A stretch of 63,781 nt of DNA, counting the filler, from Chiloscyllium plagiosum (taxonomy: Eukaryota), in assembly GCF_004010195.1 (NCBI RefSeq). It is 6 parts of one record of this genome, joined end to end, with 100 filler letters (N's around TTAATTAATTAA, not from the genome) between each part and the next. Parts side by side here need not be neighbours in the genome. Positions count along the whole stretch, not along the records: positions 22,253 to 53,394 come from NC_057715.1; positions 53,495 to 60,552 come from NC_057715.1; positions 60,653 to 63,781 come from NC_057715.1; 3 more parts are not named here. One strand, written 5' to 3'. The notes under the pieces were generated by a model. That model did no database searches and was not told the origin of the DNA. It was given only the letters and a program-made list of their open reading frames with translations. Positions 50,600 through 62,549 of this stretch are shown here, piece after piece; the first letter of the stretch is position 1, and every line of letters begins with the position of its first letter. Position numbers and translations under genes: made by a program.

Positions 50600-53268
50600 T
50601 GATGATTATGAGTTGGTTCATAAATCAAAATTTGGCCTCCAATATCAATTTCAATCCATGAGGGATCAAAATTAAGGAGAAGAGAAATCCTCAAATGGTA
50701 AGTGAAAAGTAGATCTCAGTGAAGATCATAAAGATAGCTTATCACAGAGCAAAAATGAAACCCATGTAGGGGAAAGAGAAGGTAAAATGTTCAGATGTTT
50801 TCACTGCAGTAAAGTAAGTCACATGAAGTCACAGTGGTCGTGGTTTAGAAAAAGCATTAGGTAGGTGGATTGAGGAAAACAGGTCATCCTTTGAATTTTG
50901 ATAAAGTGGTAAAGGAAAGCACAGTGAAGGCTAAAAAGCTACTCCAGGATGTACGAACTGATCGGAGGTTGGTTGAGAAAGATTTTCTTAAACCATTTAT
51001 TTATGAAGGTAAGGTTAACTTGCATAGACAAAGAACAGAAGTTAAAGAAGTTCGTCATTAAGAGGTATAGGGTCATGTCAATCTTTGTTGTTGAGAGATG
51101 AGGACATACATAATTCAGAATGATTATTGCCAGAAAAAGTGCTAGTATGTGGAATTCATGGTGAGACAAGAAGTGCTCATTATGTAGAGTGAGGTTAGAG
51201 TTTCTGGTGAAAAGTAGAGAAGTGGTGGTATGACTACTGGAAAAACTCTCAACTCCAGGAATACAATTTGTCCTTGGTAATGATGTAGCTGGATCATAGA
51301 TAGGAGTTCTGCCTACTGTGGTTGAAAATCCAGTGAAAATCAAGCAACTGAGGACTTACATGAAGTATATCCTGGGGTTTTTCTTGACTGTGATAACAAG
51401 GTCACAATGCCACCAGTTGAAACCGGAGGAAAAATCAAAGAATAAGGAAGTTGAAGTTGAATCATCAGATACCATGTTTGATCAAATGGTTGAGACAAAA
51501 ACAAGAACAGGTGGAGGACAAAATGAATATTTTTAGTTGAGAGAAATTAACTGATTTACAAATAAAAGATGAAAAGCTGAAGCAGCTGTATCGAAAAGCA
51601 CATACAGGAGAAGAATCTGAGTCTATTCCTGAATATTACTATCTTAAAAATGATGTCTTGATGAGGAAATGGAGACCAATGCTTATTTAGGTGAATAAGA
51701 AATGAGCAGAAGTTCATCAAGTTGTATTACCAATGTGTTATAGAAAGGAGGCGTTGCAGACTGCACATGAATTACTAGTAGGAGGTCATTTAGGGGTAAG
51801 AATAACTCAAGCCAAAATACAAAAACATTTTTTACTGACCAGGATAGCATAAAGATGGAACTGACTTTGCCAGACATGTCATATGTGTCAGGTAATTGGA
51901 ATACCTTAGGCAATGATAAATCCCACCCCTTTAATACTCATTCCTGAATTTGAAGAACCTTTTTACAAGGGTCTCAATTGATTGTGTACAACCCCTACCT
52001 AAAACAAAAAGTGTGAATCTGTACTTGTTGACAATAACGGATGTGTCCACTAGATTTTCAGAGGCCATTTCATTTTGCAATATCACAGCTAAAAGGATTA
52101 CTCAAATGTTTCAGTAGATACGGCCTACCCACAGAGATACAATCAAATGAAGGGTCAAATATGACATGAAAATTATTCAGGAAAGTTGTGGATAGTTTTG
52201 TAAATTCAAATCCACTGTATACTATCCAGAATAGCAGGGAGCATTAGTAAGATGGTGTTAAACATTAAAGACGTTGTTATGGATTTATAGTCAGTACTAT
52301 CCAGACAATTGGGATAAAGGAATTCCATTTGTACCTTTTACCATTAGGGACGTGCCAAATTATTCAAACAAATTCAGTCAATTTAAATTAGCTTTTGAGC
52401 ATGAGGTGAGAGGTATTGATGAGACCGCACCTGGAGTATTGTGCACAGTTTTGGTTCCCTTATTTGAGGAAAGATGTAATAGCATTGGAGATAGTTTAGA
52501 GGAAGTTCACCAGATTGATCCCAGAGATGAGGGGTTTGTTGTTATGAAGAGAGATTGAAACGTTTAGGCCTATACTTGGGAATTCAGAAGAATGAGGGGG
52601 AGATCAAATTGAGGCATTCAAGATGATAAAAGGTATGGATAAAATAGACTTGGAGTGGATTCTTCCTCTTGTGGGGCATTCTAGGAAAGAGGTCATAGTC
52701 TTAGGATAAAGGGTAGCAAATTTAAAATAGAGTTGAGGAGAAACTACTTTTCCCAAACGCTTGTGAATTGGTGGAATTCGCTACTCTAAAGTGTGGTTGA
52801 TGCTGGAACAGTGAATACGTTTAAGGAAGAGTTAGACAGAGTTTTAATTTGTAATGGGTTGAAGGGTTATGGAGAGAAAGCAGGAACATCAGAGTGAGGA
52901 GCATTTCAGCCATGATCGAATGGCGGCACAGACTCGAGCCGAATGGCCTCATTCTGCTTCATATCTTATGAACTTATGAGATCACCATTGAAATTAAATT
53001 AAATAAAGAGAAATTGGTAAGTCAGAATTCAGAGACCACATACTTGGATGATGTGTCAAATTTAGGGAATGATTAAATAGTGCAGGGGAGTTGGTTAGAC
53101 AGCATTTATAATTATCACAGCATATGGTGAAACAAGAAGCAGACAAGAAATCAAAAGCTCACAATTTTGTTAACAGTTTTAGTGTTATTTCCAGTGAGAG
53201 GTGAACCTTTAAAAGCAAGATTTAGTGGACCTTATCATATCAAAAGGAGATTGAGTGAGGTGAATTAT
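50600..53268 (+). mobile_element. Gypsy (Gmr1-like order) gag knuckle-protease-integrase fossil
   Basis: RCFHCSKVSHMKSQW at 50793; AHE..GGHLGVRITQAKI..CQTCHMCQ; IDCVQPLPKTKSVNLYLLTITDVSTRFSEAI; YGLPTEIQSNEGSN; LKARFSGPY. Confidence 0.85.
52412..52978 (+). mobile_element. CR1 3' end inserted in the integrase
   Basis: ccgcacctggagtattgtgcacagttttgg start and (CTTATGAA)n tail; integrase resumes afterwards. Confidence 0.85.
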
Positions 53269-53270
53269 TG

Positions 53271-53394
53271 GTGCTGAAAATGTGTTGCTGGAAAAGCGCA
53301 GCAGGTCAGGCAGCATCCAAGGAGCAGGAGAATCGATGTTTCGGGCATGAGTCCTTCTTCAGGAATGAGAAAAGTGTGTCCAGCAGGCTAAGAT
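53271..53394 (-). mobile_element. Family A pLTR with hammerhead (53331-53366)
   Basis: Reverse complement CTGAAGA-a-ggac tcat gccc-GAAA-catc. Confidence 0.8.
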
Positions 53395-53494
53395 NNNNNN
53401 NNNNNNNNNNNNNNNNNNNNNNNNNNNNNNNNNNNNNNTTAATTAATTAANNNNNNNNNNNNNNNNNNNNNNNNNNNNNNNNNNNNNNNNNNNN

Positions 53495-53765
53495 AAAAAG
53501 GGTTTTGTGATTTACACATGAAAGAAGTGAAACTATCACTGTATTCTAACAGATTAAAGGCTTAACAGACAATAAATTCTTCAATTTATAATTTCAGTTA
53601 CATCACACTGCAAATTTTTGCTATAAATTCTGTGTTACGATTGAGCCCTCCACAATCACCTGATGAAGGAGCGTCGCTCCGAAAGCTAGTGTGCTTCCAA
53701 TTAAACCTGTTGGACTATAACCTGGGGTTGTACACCCCAGTCCAACACCGGCATCTCCGAATCAT
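53495..53765 (+). mobile_element. Family B pLTR
   Basis: Homologous to 1260-1546. Confidence 0.85.
53657..53691 (+). ncRNA. Intact minimal hammerhead ribozyme motif, family B
   Basis: cac-CTGATGA-a-GGAGC gtc GCTCC-GAAA-GC-TA-gtg: helix I cac/gtg, palindrome AGCT, cleavage triplet CUA. Confidence 0.8.
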
Positions 53766-54229
53766 AGGGTAAAATACACCTCTTAAAGGCATAATATCGT
53801 CACATTAATACACTTTGTTGACGAAAGTCATCACCTGTATAATATAAGCATATTATCAATCTGGCTTCCAAGCATCGAGAAGTTAGATTAATGAGTGACA
53901 GCATGATTTTTGCCTATTTGCTTTGGTTTTTTAAAAAAACTATCTTTTTTCACATTTGCTTGATAATTTGTGTCTTAAAAACGTTAATTCTAACTAATAT
54001 TTTAATGAGACAGTTTTTGTCAGAGGCAAATAGACAATGTCACAATGTTTCTCTTTCTTTGAGCCTTGAGGCAAAATTAAGCCGCAACAGAATGTTTGTT
54101 GAATAAAGTTAATGTTTTCTTTGTCTCAGCACACTCTGCAAATATCCTTTAGCAGCACAAGCCTATATGATATCAGTAAGTGAAAAAACAATATGCAAAA
54201 GTCTGACATTACTGAAAAGACTTGAGCAG

Positions 54230-54680
54230 GCTGCAGGTCCTAATCAAGCAGAAGCAACGATTTGCAAAGTATCACATTGCATCCAGTCTCGATGAGAAGC
54301 CAAGCAGTGAGGAAGTCAGTACATTATTGCGTGCGACAGGCAACTGTGCGAATGATATTCTTCTTGGATACAGGATCAGAGAATGCTGCATAGGAACAAA
54401 TAATAAAGATACTCAATTCTTAATCAATCTACGGTGAAATATAATTGTCGATCAAGCGTAACTTAAAAGCATACCCAGCAACAAGAACATATTGGTTCTT
54501 TTATCAAGGATCTGCACAGACAGAGAACTGTGAGTATCGTAACTTAAAAGAGGAACTAATCAGCAACAAAACAGCTAGCAGCAACTTAGATGAAACATTA
54601 TTTGACAACTTGCAGTCACAGTATGACTTTACGTTTGCAAAGGTAATTCAACAGACCACATAAGCTGAAGTCAGGGAGCT
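54230..54680 (+). mobile_element. Gypsy gag remnant
   Basis: QRFAKYHIASSLDEKPSSEEVSTLL and ENCEYRNLKEELI...FTFAKVIQ. Confidence 0.65.
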
Positions 54681-54879
54681 GAAATCAGAGATCTAAAGGA
54701 CAACCGCCCCAGTGGAAAATGTAAAATTGAGGAGTAATTATAACAAAACGGGGGTGGGGAGCAAGCAGAGTGTGGATCATTGTCCCACCCAACTGCTATT
54801 GGTGTGTTGGGGAAAAATGCAGGAGTGCAAATTCAACAGCCTAAGAGGCTGAATACAATTTTTGCAAGAGGAAGGTCAC

Positions 54880-55500
54880 CACAGGATTCCCTGTCTCTGA
54901 CTTGCAACCACTGTATTTATATGACTGGTCCTATTAAATTTCTGGTTAATGGTAATCTCTAAGATGTTGATAGTGGAGGATTCACTAATGGGAATATTAC
55001 TGAATGTCAAGGGGAAATTGTTCTGCTCACACTGGATAGACATGGTCATTATCTGGCACTTCTATCCATGAATGCTATGTGCCATATTTCAGCTCAAACA
55101 TGGATATTGTCCAGAACTTATTTGATTTGAACATGGACTCTTCAGTATCTGATGAATCATGAATGATGCTGAACATTGTGCAACCATCAGCAAATATTCC
55201 CATTTCCGACCTTATGATGGAGGGATTGATGTAGCAGCTGAAGGTGGTTGGGCCAAGAGCCTATCTGTGGAACCCCTGCAGAGATTTCCTTAATGTCATC
55301 CCTTGTCAATGGTACTTTGATGTCAAAGACAGGCATCTCACCTCATCTGTGAAATTCAGCAATTTCATCCATGTTTGCAGCTAGGCTATAATGAGTTCTG
55401 GAGCTGAGTGGTCCTGCTGAAACTCAGACTGACCGGGGTGAACAGTTTTTTCTGTGTGAGTGATGCATAATCACTGTTGTTGATGATGCATTTCATCACA
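54880..55500 (-). mobile_element. LINE RT fragment of the same family as 39480-41437
   Basis: Reverse-complement similarity to 40200-40860. Confidence 0.65.
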
Positions 55501-56094
55501 TTGCATTCTTCTTGCTACTTGCCCACAGCCTTCAATTTGTATCTCAATAGTGGGCTTCTTGACATCTTATTTTCTGCTGACACGTCTTCTTCTTTCTCCA
55601 AATCCCCACCTTTATTGCTCTCATCTACCACCACACCCCCATCCATGCACCTACCTCTCCCAACCAAAACAGCAATAAACAATTGTTCATGGCATAGTTT
55701 CATAGGAGAACCTTATAGGGAACCCTTAAAAAGTTAGGAGTGAGGAGTCTAACATACTCACAAGGCGAGTGAAGACTAGCTTCTATTTTACCCATCCATT
55801 GTGCTCCAAAGCTAGCAGCAATGCTGGCATGAGATACAGCCTTTGGGTCTGCAAATAAACTACTTCTCTGTCCTCACTGCAAGGATGCAGTGCACCCTTA
55901 ACCAAATTCACAAACTTACACAATATCACCAGAAGTACTTTCACTCACTTGGCAAGGGTTGAAGTTATTCTAAATAACCTTACCTGCAAGTGGAGTACCT
56001 GGGGTATTAATAATGCAGTGCTGACTCCTCTTTACTGTTAAACATTTGGGGCCAGATTTTGCTTACTGAGCCAGGTAGTTCAAGTTGGGAATTT

Positions 56095-56380
56095 CATAGA
56101 TTTCATAGAATCTCTACAGTGTGGAAGCAGGCCATTTAGCCCATCAAGTCCACATCGATCCTCCGAACAGCATCCCACTCAGATCCACCCTATTACCTTA
56201 CCCTATCCCTGTAACCCTGCTTTTCCCATGGCTAATCCACCTAGCCTGCACAGGTCTAGACACTATGGGCAGTTTAGCATGGCTAATCCACCTAACTTGC
56301 GCATTTTTGGACTGTGTGAGGAAACCGGAGCATCTGGAGGAAACCTTGCAGACTTGGGGAGAATGTGCAAACTCCACACA
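56095..56380 (-). mobile_element. V-SINE lacking its head
   Basis: catagaatctctacagtgtggaagcaggcc tail and V domain. Confidence 0.85.
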
Positions 56381-57868
56381 ATTTCCAATTCGTGTGGAGT
56401 AAAATATAACCCACCACATGCAGTTGTTAGTCTGCAGTTGTTGGATGTGGGGTAGAGTTGACAACTGACCCTAGAAGCAGGATATAAATACCTTTGGAAA
56501 TGCGCTGGTGAAAAGGCTTGCTTTGGCAATCTGGAACTTCATAACAGTTGTTTTATAAATTATTAGGCCCTCTCTCTGACACTATTAGCACCTGAACCAT
56601 GTTCATCCATTATGTTCCCTCATACTCTTCATGCAACTCAGTGCCAGTTCAGGCCTCCATTCAAATATGCTTCCTCCCACCCCCAGTGCCAAATTCATAT
56701 CTAATCACCATGAATCCATCCTAAGCAAACTTCAGAGCATTGAGCAGATGAAACAAAATAAACTCTCAATCTGATAAAACTCTCATTTCTACACACATGA
56801 TCATGAAAAATATTCCATTCAGAAAAGCCATGCAAAGCTTTTAAATCTCCTTAAGTGATAAATCTCAAAAACTAACAGATACCTGTTACATAAAATAACA
56901 GTAAAAACAGTTAATCCTTTAAAACACCTTCTGAAGCTGTCAGTCAATCTGTGAACACAGAAAACTCCCTAGAGTTAATTTTCAAATACAACCAAGTTTT
57001 TATAACAGTGATATGCAAACAAAAAACTCCCAATACCCACACATGGAAGGCATTCAGTTTCTATAGTTCCACCTCTAGCAATGTTTCTGTTTCAAATTGT
57101 GTATATCACTTATCAATAATCATAATTAAATATTCTCTGTGAAATAAAATCAAAAGTATTGTGAAATTTCAACAGGGTCCCTGCACAACTTCGAATACTG
57201 TAATTTCATGTCATCTATCCACAGGAACCTCATAATTGTGATGGAGATGGCTGTTACATTCTTTTCTTTCTGGGCTTCTGTGGTTATTCCACTGAGGATG
57301 TGAGAGACAACTGGGAGGATTTTTATGGTAATTAATTCTGAATCACAATGCTTGTTACCACATTGTATATGGTTAAAGAAGTCTATTTATGATAAAATGC
57401 TATTCATATTGCAAAGTCTATTAACTTCAATGAATATTTTTCTACTGTTCAATTAACATTAATAAAAATTAAATTAAATTAATATAAAAATAGGATGAAG
57501 GTGAAGCAGATACTTTAAATGTGGATGTGGTTGATTTTGATTGACAGACTCCAGTTAAGTTTGAGATACTTTGCAGATACAAATAGGTTTAGCCCTAGAT
57601 GTATTCACTATTCCGGGCTCTCTTCTCCATTCCCCTATTTCCTTTTAGGAGTTAACTGTTTCAAGCCTGAACAATGTTGCACAAAAGCTACCTTCAGAAC
57701 TGCATGTAAAACAAGACAGCTGTTGGTTTATTCCATTATTACTTTGTTTGATTTAAGCACTGTCTGCTCTAATGTTCTGCTTATATGTTGATAAATTAAT
57801 GAACTGCTGTTCTCTTTGAACAAAAAGAAATGAAGAAGGCGATAAACAGGCATCTGCAAATTCTTGTC

Positions 57869-58470
57869 AAGAGTGTGGCGCTGGAAAAACACAACAGGTC
57901 AGGCAGCATCCGAAGAGCAGGAGAATCACCGTTTCGGGCATAAGGCCTTCATCAGGAATGTGGCTTTTGGGCTGCGGGGTTGTTGAGAGATAAAAAGAAG
58001 GGGTTGGGGCTGGGGGGGAAGGTAGCTGAGAATGCAATAGGTAGATGAACGTGGGGGAGAAGGTGATTGGTCCAAAAAGAGGGTGGAGCGGATAGATGCG
58101 AAAGATGATGGACAGGTCATGAGGGTGGTGCTGAGTTGGAGGCTCTGGTCTGGAGTAAGGTGGGGGGAGGAGAAAAGTGAAATCTGGTGAAATCCACATT
58201 AATCCCATGTAGTCGCAGGGTCCCAAGGTGGAAGATGAGGCATTCTTCCTCCAGGAGTCGGGTGGTTAGGGTTTGGTGATGGAGGCCGCCCCAGACCCGC
58301 ATGTCCTTGGTGGAGTGGGAGGGACTGTTGAAGTGTTCAGCCATGGGGCAGTTGAGTTGGTTGATGCGGGTGTCCCAGAGATGTTCTTTGAAACGATCTG
58401 CAAGTTGGTGGCTTGTCTCCCCAATGTAGAGGTGGCCACATCGGGTGAAACGGATACAGTAGACGACATT
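57869..58470 (-). mobile_element. Penelope-like element 3' end: GIY-YIG endonuclease frame, pLTR and hammerhead (57923-57959)
   Basis: Open frame 58470-58117: NVVYCIRFTRCGHLYIGETSHQLADRFKEH...AEHFNSPSH...EEECLIFHLGTLRLHGIN. Confidence 0.92.
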
Positions 58471-59269
58471 CTTTCCTGCAATCTGGCATTGTCAATTTCC
58501 TGAGTATAGTCCTTTGATATGCTCCATAATTTTACTTTCAGGGAAATATTTTGCCATAATTTGAGGCAAGATAGAAGACATTTGGAGCTTTTTGAGTTAG
58601 CTAAGCAGGCTGTTTCTTTGCAAAATACAATGTGCTGCTTATGTCCTGACATCCAATTTTGTATCTTTAATTTTGAAGCTATGTGCTTACAAGTCCTTGC
58701 CACAATATAAACTGCTGAATTTTATTTGGATAATAAAATGACCCCAATTTGAGAGCAAGTATGTCTGTTTTGAAGACATCCACCTAATCATCCCATTTAT
58801 TGCAGTACTAGGCTCCATATTGCAAAAATGAAAGGTTTAGAGATAATGGAGGAGATGGAGAATAAAAATTTTAAGGCAAATCAATGCCAGAGCTTAAAAG
58901 TTATATCGATTAAGAAATATTAAACATACTGGAACAAAAACAGAAGTTGCTGATGAAACTCAGCAGGTCTGGCAGCATCTCCAGAATCTGAAGTTCTTTG
59001 TTTTCATTAATAAATGAACCCTTGTGATTGCACCTGTGGTGTCGGTGGGATATAGCTTTATTTTATCTTTGACTCTCCATGAAAGATAATTAATGATAAT
59101 AAACTAAGCTTTGTCACAATGCCAATGGATGGCAACATATTGTTGGTCAGTTTTCTGTCCCTGTTGGATTTGATTCAGCCTTCTTTAAGTTACTGACCAT
59201 TGTATTGCTACAGCCTAAGCATACAATTTAATTTCACCAACAAATTTCTTACCAGGCTGTAGAAAGTTA

Positions 59270-59640
59270 CTCTCGAGAGTATATCTGCCATCATTTGTAG
59301 CCGCCTCTGTAGATATTTGGTCTTTTAGGCAAACCACATAAAGAGAGTCAGAAAATCTCTACCCGGAAAGGCATCCTCATCAATCATTTCTTGCCTAATA
59401 TGGAAACTCTATGAGAACTTTCAAGTCAAGGATGTCAACTGAAAACCTCTTGAAAACCAGGTGACTCAGAAAGCCTCCTTTTCTGCAATTGCCTAATTCC
59501 ATGTCCCTGTGTCTGGCAAAGCTCTGGAAGCAAAACACAATGTTTTGTGGCTCCCATTTAGCTGTTTCTAATGGAGTACTGCTCCTCTGCTCATATCTGA
59601 ATCATCCACAGTTATGATCACTGAAAAAGATGCCTGCAGA
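59270..59640 (-). mobile_element. Gypsy RNase H fossil
   Basis: DDSDMSRGAVL..KQLNGSHKTLCFASRALPDTGTWN*AIAEKEAF*VTW and ADILSR. Confidence 0.7.
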
Positions 59641-59990
59641 CATCAACACGAAAAGTTTCTGTATTAGAGCAACCTTCAAATATGTTTTTCCAGTTCTGGA
59701 TTTTGAAAATTCAGTAGCATTTTACTTCTTCTAAAGGTTTTCATTGTGTTGAATAGTCATACTGTATCACTTTGCTGCTGGCTGAGGGTTTTCCCTCTTT
59801 TTCTGCTTCAAGCAGTGGATTCCCATTTCCTGCGGAAAAACCCCAGGTTTTCCTGGCTTCTGCAGCCAGTTTAAAGTTTCCTGTAATTCTCAAATGAATT
59901 GGGCGGTTACCTATCTCTCACCGGTTAATATATATCTTGTTCTAAATTTCTAAAATAAACTTCTGAGTTTGCAGCTTTGGAAAATCTTCC

Positions 59991-60195
59991 TTGGTTAGAG
60001 ACAAATAAACTGTAGATGTTGGAATCCAAGGCAGACAAACAGGAGGTTGGAAGAACACAGCGAGCCAGGCAGCATCAGGAGGCGGAGAAGTCGCCGTTTC
60101 AGATCCTGAAGAAAGGTTACACCTGAAATGTTGATTTCTTCACCTCCTGATGCTGCTTGGCTTGCTGTATTCTTCCAGACTTCTGCTTGTCTACC
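59991..60195. mobile_element. Hairpin Penelope-like insertion (family D) with hammerhead at the loop and 14-bp TSD
   Basis: Arms at 60025-60102 and 60123-60200. atcCTGAAGA-a-AGGT tac ACCT-GAAA-tgtt-gat. ttggaaaatcttcc at 59977-59990 and 60196-60209. Confidence 0.85.
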
Positions 60196-60255
60196 TTGGA
60201 AAATCTTCCAGCAACTTCTGTAGCCTAGATTAAGCACTTTCCCATCCTATCATAG

Positions 60256-60552
60256 TTTTTTTTAAAAATTTTTTTTAATAGATATTTTTATTAGAAATTT
60301 AACATTTTTACAAGTTTACAAAAATAAACAAAACTCTCAGATATAAACATTGATATACAATTAGCTCAAATATACAATAGCCAAAATTTGACAAAAAAAA
60401 ACAAAGCAACAAAAAAAAACCCGAAAAGAAAAAAAAACAAACAAACAAAACTCAACTATCTACTAATCTAACCTACAACTAACCAGGGTGTATATTTAAG
60501 TCTCTTACATGCTCGGAATGTGTTAACATCAAATGTAATAAAACCCGTATTC
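60256..60552 (-). mobile_element. Probable poly(A)-tailed L1/Tx1-like 3' UTR
   Basis: T-rich minus-strand UTR with AATAAA and A runs, truncated by the gap. Confidence 0.45.
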
Positions 60553-60652
60553 NNNNNNNNNNNNNNNNNNNNNNNNNNNNNNNNNNNNNNNNNNNNTTAA
60601 TTAATTAANNNNNNNNNNNNNNNNNNNNNNNNNNNNNNNNNNNNNNNNNNNN

Positions 60653-60753
60653 TCCAGATGCCTTTTAAATGTTGTAATTGTACCAGCCTCCACCACTTCC
60701 TCTGGCAGCTCATTCCATACACGCACCACCCTCTGCATGAAAAAGTTGCTCCT
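60653..60753 (-). mobile_element. CR1 3' fragment
   Basis: Matches 3297-3397. Confidence 0.85.
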
Positions 60754-60754
60754 T

Positions 60755-61470
60755 TGCAGATGGGGTACTGGGCTAATAGATGGGGTACTGGGCTAATGGT
60801 CGGATACTTGGTAGTGTGGATTAGCAGAGGGATCTTGGTGTCCATGTACACAGATCTCTGAAAGTTGCCACCCAGGTAAATAGTGCAGTGAAGAAGGCAT
60901 ATGGCGTACTGGCTTTTATTGGTAGAGGAATTGAGTTCCGGAGTCCTGAGGTCATGTTGCAGTTGTATAAGACTCTGGTGCGGCTGCATCTGGAGTATTG
61001 TGTGCAGTTTTGGTCGCCATACTATAGGAAGGATGTGGAGGCACTGGAACGGGTGCAGAGGAGGTTTACCAGGTAGGAAGATCGTATGAGGAAAGGCTGA
61101 GGCACTTGGGGCTGTTTTCATTGGAGAAAAGAAGGTTTAGGGGTGACTTGATAGAGGTGTACAAGATGATTATGGGTTTGATAGGGTTGACCATGAGAAC
61201 CTTTTTCCACGTATGGAGTCAGCTATTACGAGGGGGCATAGCTTTAAATTAAGGGGTGGTAGGTGGGTAGATTCTTTACTCAGCGAGTCGTGAGTTCATG
61301 GAATGCCCTGCCAGTAGCAGTGGTGGACTCTCCCTCTTTATGGGCATTTAAACGGGCATTGGATAGGCATATGGAGGATAGTGGGCTAGTGTAGGTGGGC
61401 TTGGATCGGCGCAACATTAAGGGCCAAAGGGCCTGTACTGCGCTGTATTTTTCTATGTCCTATGTTCTAT
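60755..61470 (+). mobile_element. Young 5'-truncated CR1
   Basis: LYKTLVRLHLEYCVQFWSPYYRKDVEALERVQRRFTR, ttctatg tail, and a 20-bp tandem duplication at the 5' junction. Confidence 0.92.
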
Positions 61471-62015
61471 CCCCACTCCTGCACTGGAATCCTCTCACTC
61501 TGAAGGCCAATGTACCGTTGCCTTCTTAACCATCTGCTGCACCTGCATGCTTACTTTCAGCAACTGATGTACAAAGAATCCCAGGTCTTGTTGTACCTCC
61601 CCATTTTCCAATCTATTGCCATTCAGATAATAATCTGCTTTCCCTTTTTTGCTATCGAAGTGGATAACTTCGCATTTAGGATAACTCGAAATATAACTCT
61701 ACATCATTATGTATCTGACATGTATTTGTCCAGTCACTCAGTTTGTCCAAATCATATTGAAGCAGTTGTGCATCCCCCTCACAGTTCATCTCCCACCCAG
61801 CTTTGTGTCATCTGCAAACCTGTAGATAGTACATTCAGATCCCTTGTTTTAACCATTAATATATATCAATATATATTGCAAATAGCTGAGGTCCAAGCAC
61901 TGATCCCTGCAGTACCCCACTAGTTGCTGGTTACTTGCGGCCACTCAGAAAATGACCTTGTGATTCCTACTTTTAATTTTCTGTCTGTCAGCCAGTTCTC
62001 TATCCATGTCAGCTA
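61471..62015 (-). mobile_element. Older CR1 RT fragment
   Basis: Reverse complement ggggtactgcagggatcagtgcttggacc (GVPQGSVLGP-like) and tttgcagatgacac (FADD). Confidence 0.8.
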
Positions 62016-62549
62016 AGTTTAGAGGGATTGAGTGCTATGACAGTAAACAACAGCCGAGAGAGATAACCTACTCCACTCCCTGAACTGGGAACGTATCACT
62101 TATCACACAGTGTCCTTGCTCCAGCAGTACAATAATAGTTACCAGTGTAGCCTGAGATTCAGCATTGAAATGCAGAAGCATCCTGTCTATGGATCAGAGG
62201 CCTGCCAGAGGAAGGTTGTTTAGGGTTGGGACAGCTGGATACCAATTTCGATGCATATAGATGAAGTGTGACCTGACATATTAGTATCCAATATCTAACA
62301 TGGGGGTCTTCCAGAGCAAGTAGTGAGCTGAATCCACCAGGGTTCCACCTCTCGTTTCCCTTCCTAACATTCAGCTTTGTTGGTGAGTTTGCTCAGATGG
62401 GAGCTGAATATTAATGAGGTGAGTTGAATTGTTAACAAGGCAGTTAACCAGCAATGATCACCATCATTTAGCAGCTCATAGCTACTTTATGAGAATATCA
62501 CCATCTTGTTTCTGAAACACAGAAAGAATGAACTAAGATGTTTTGACAC

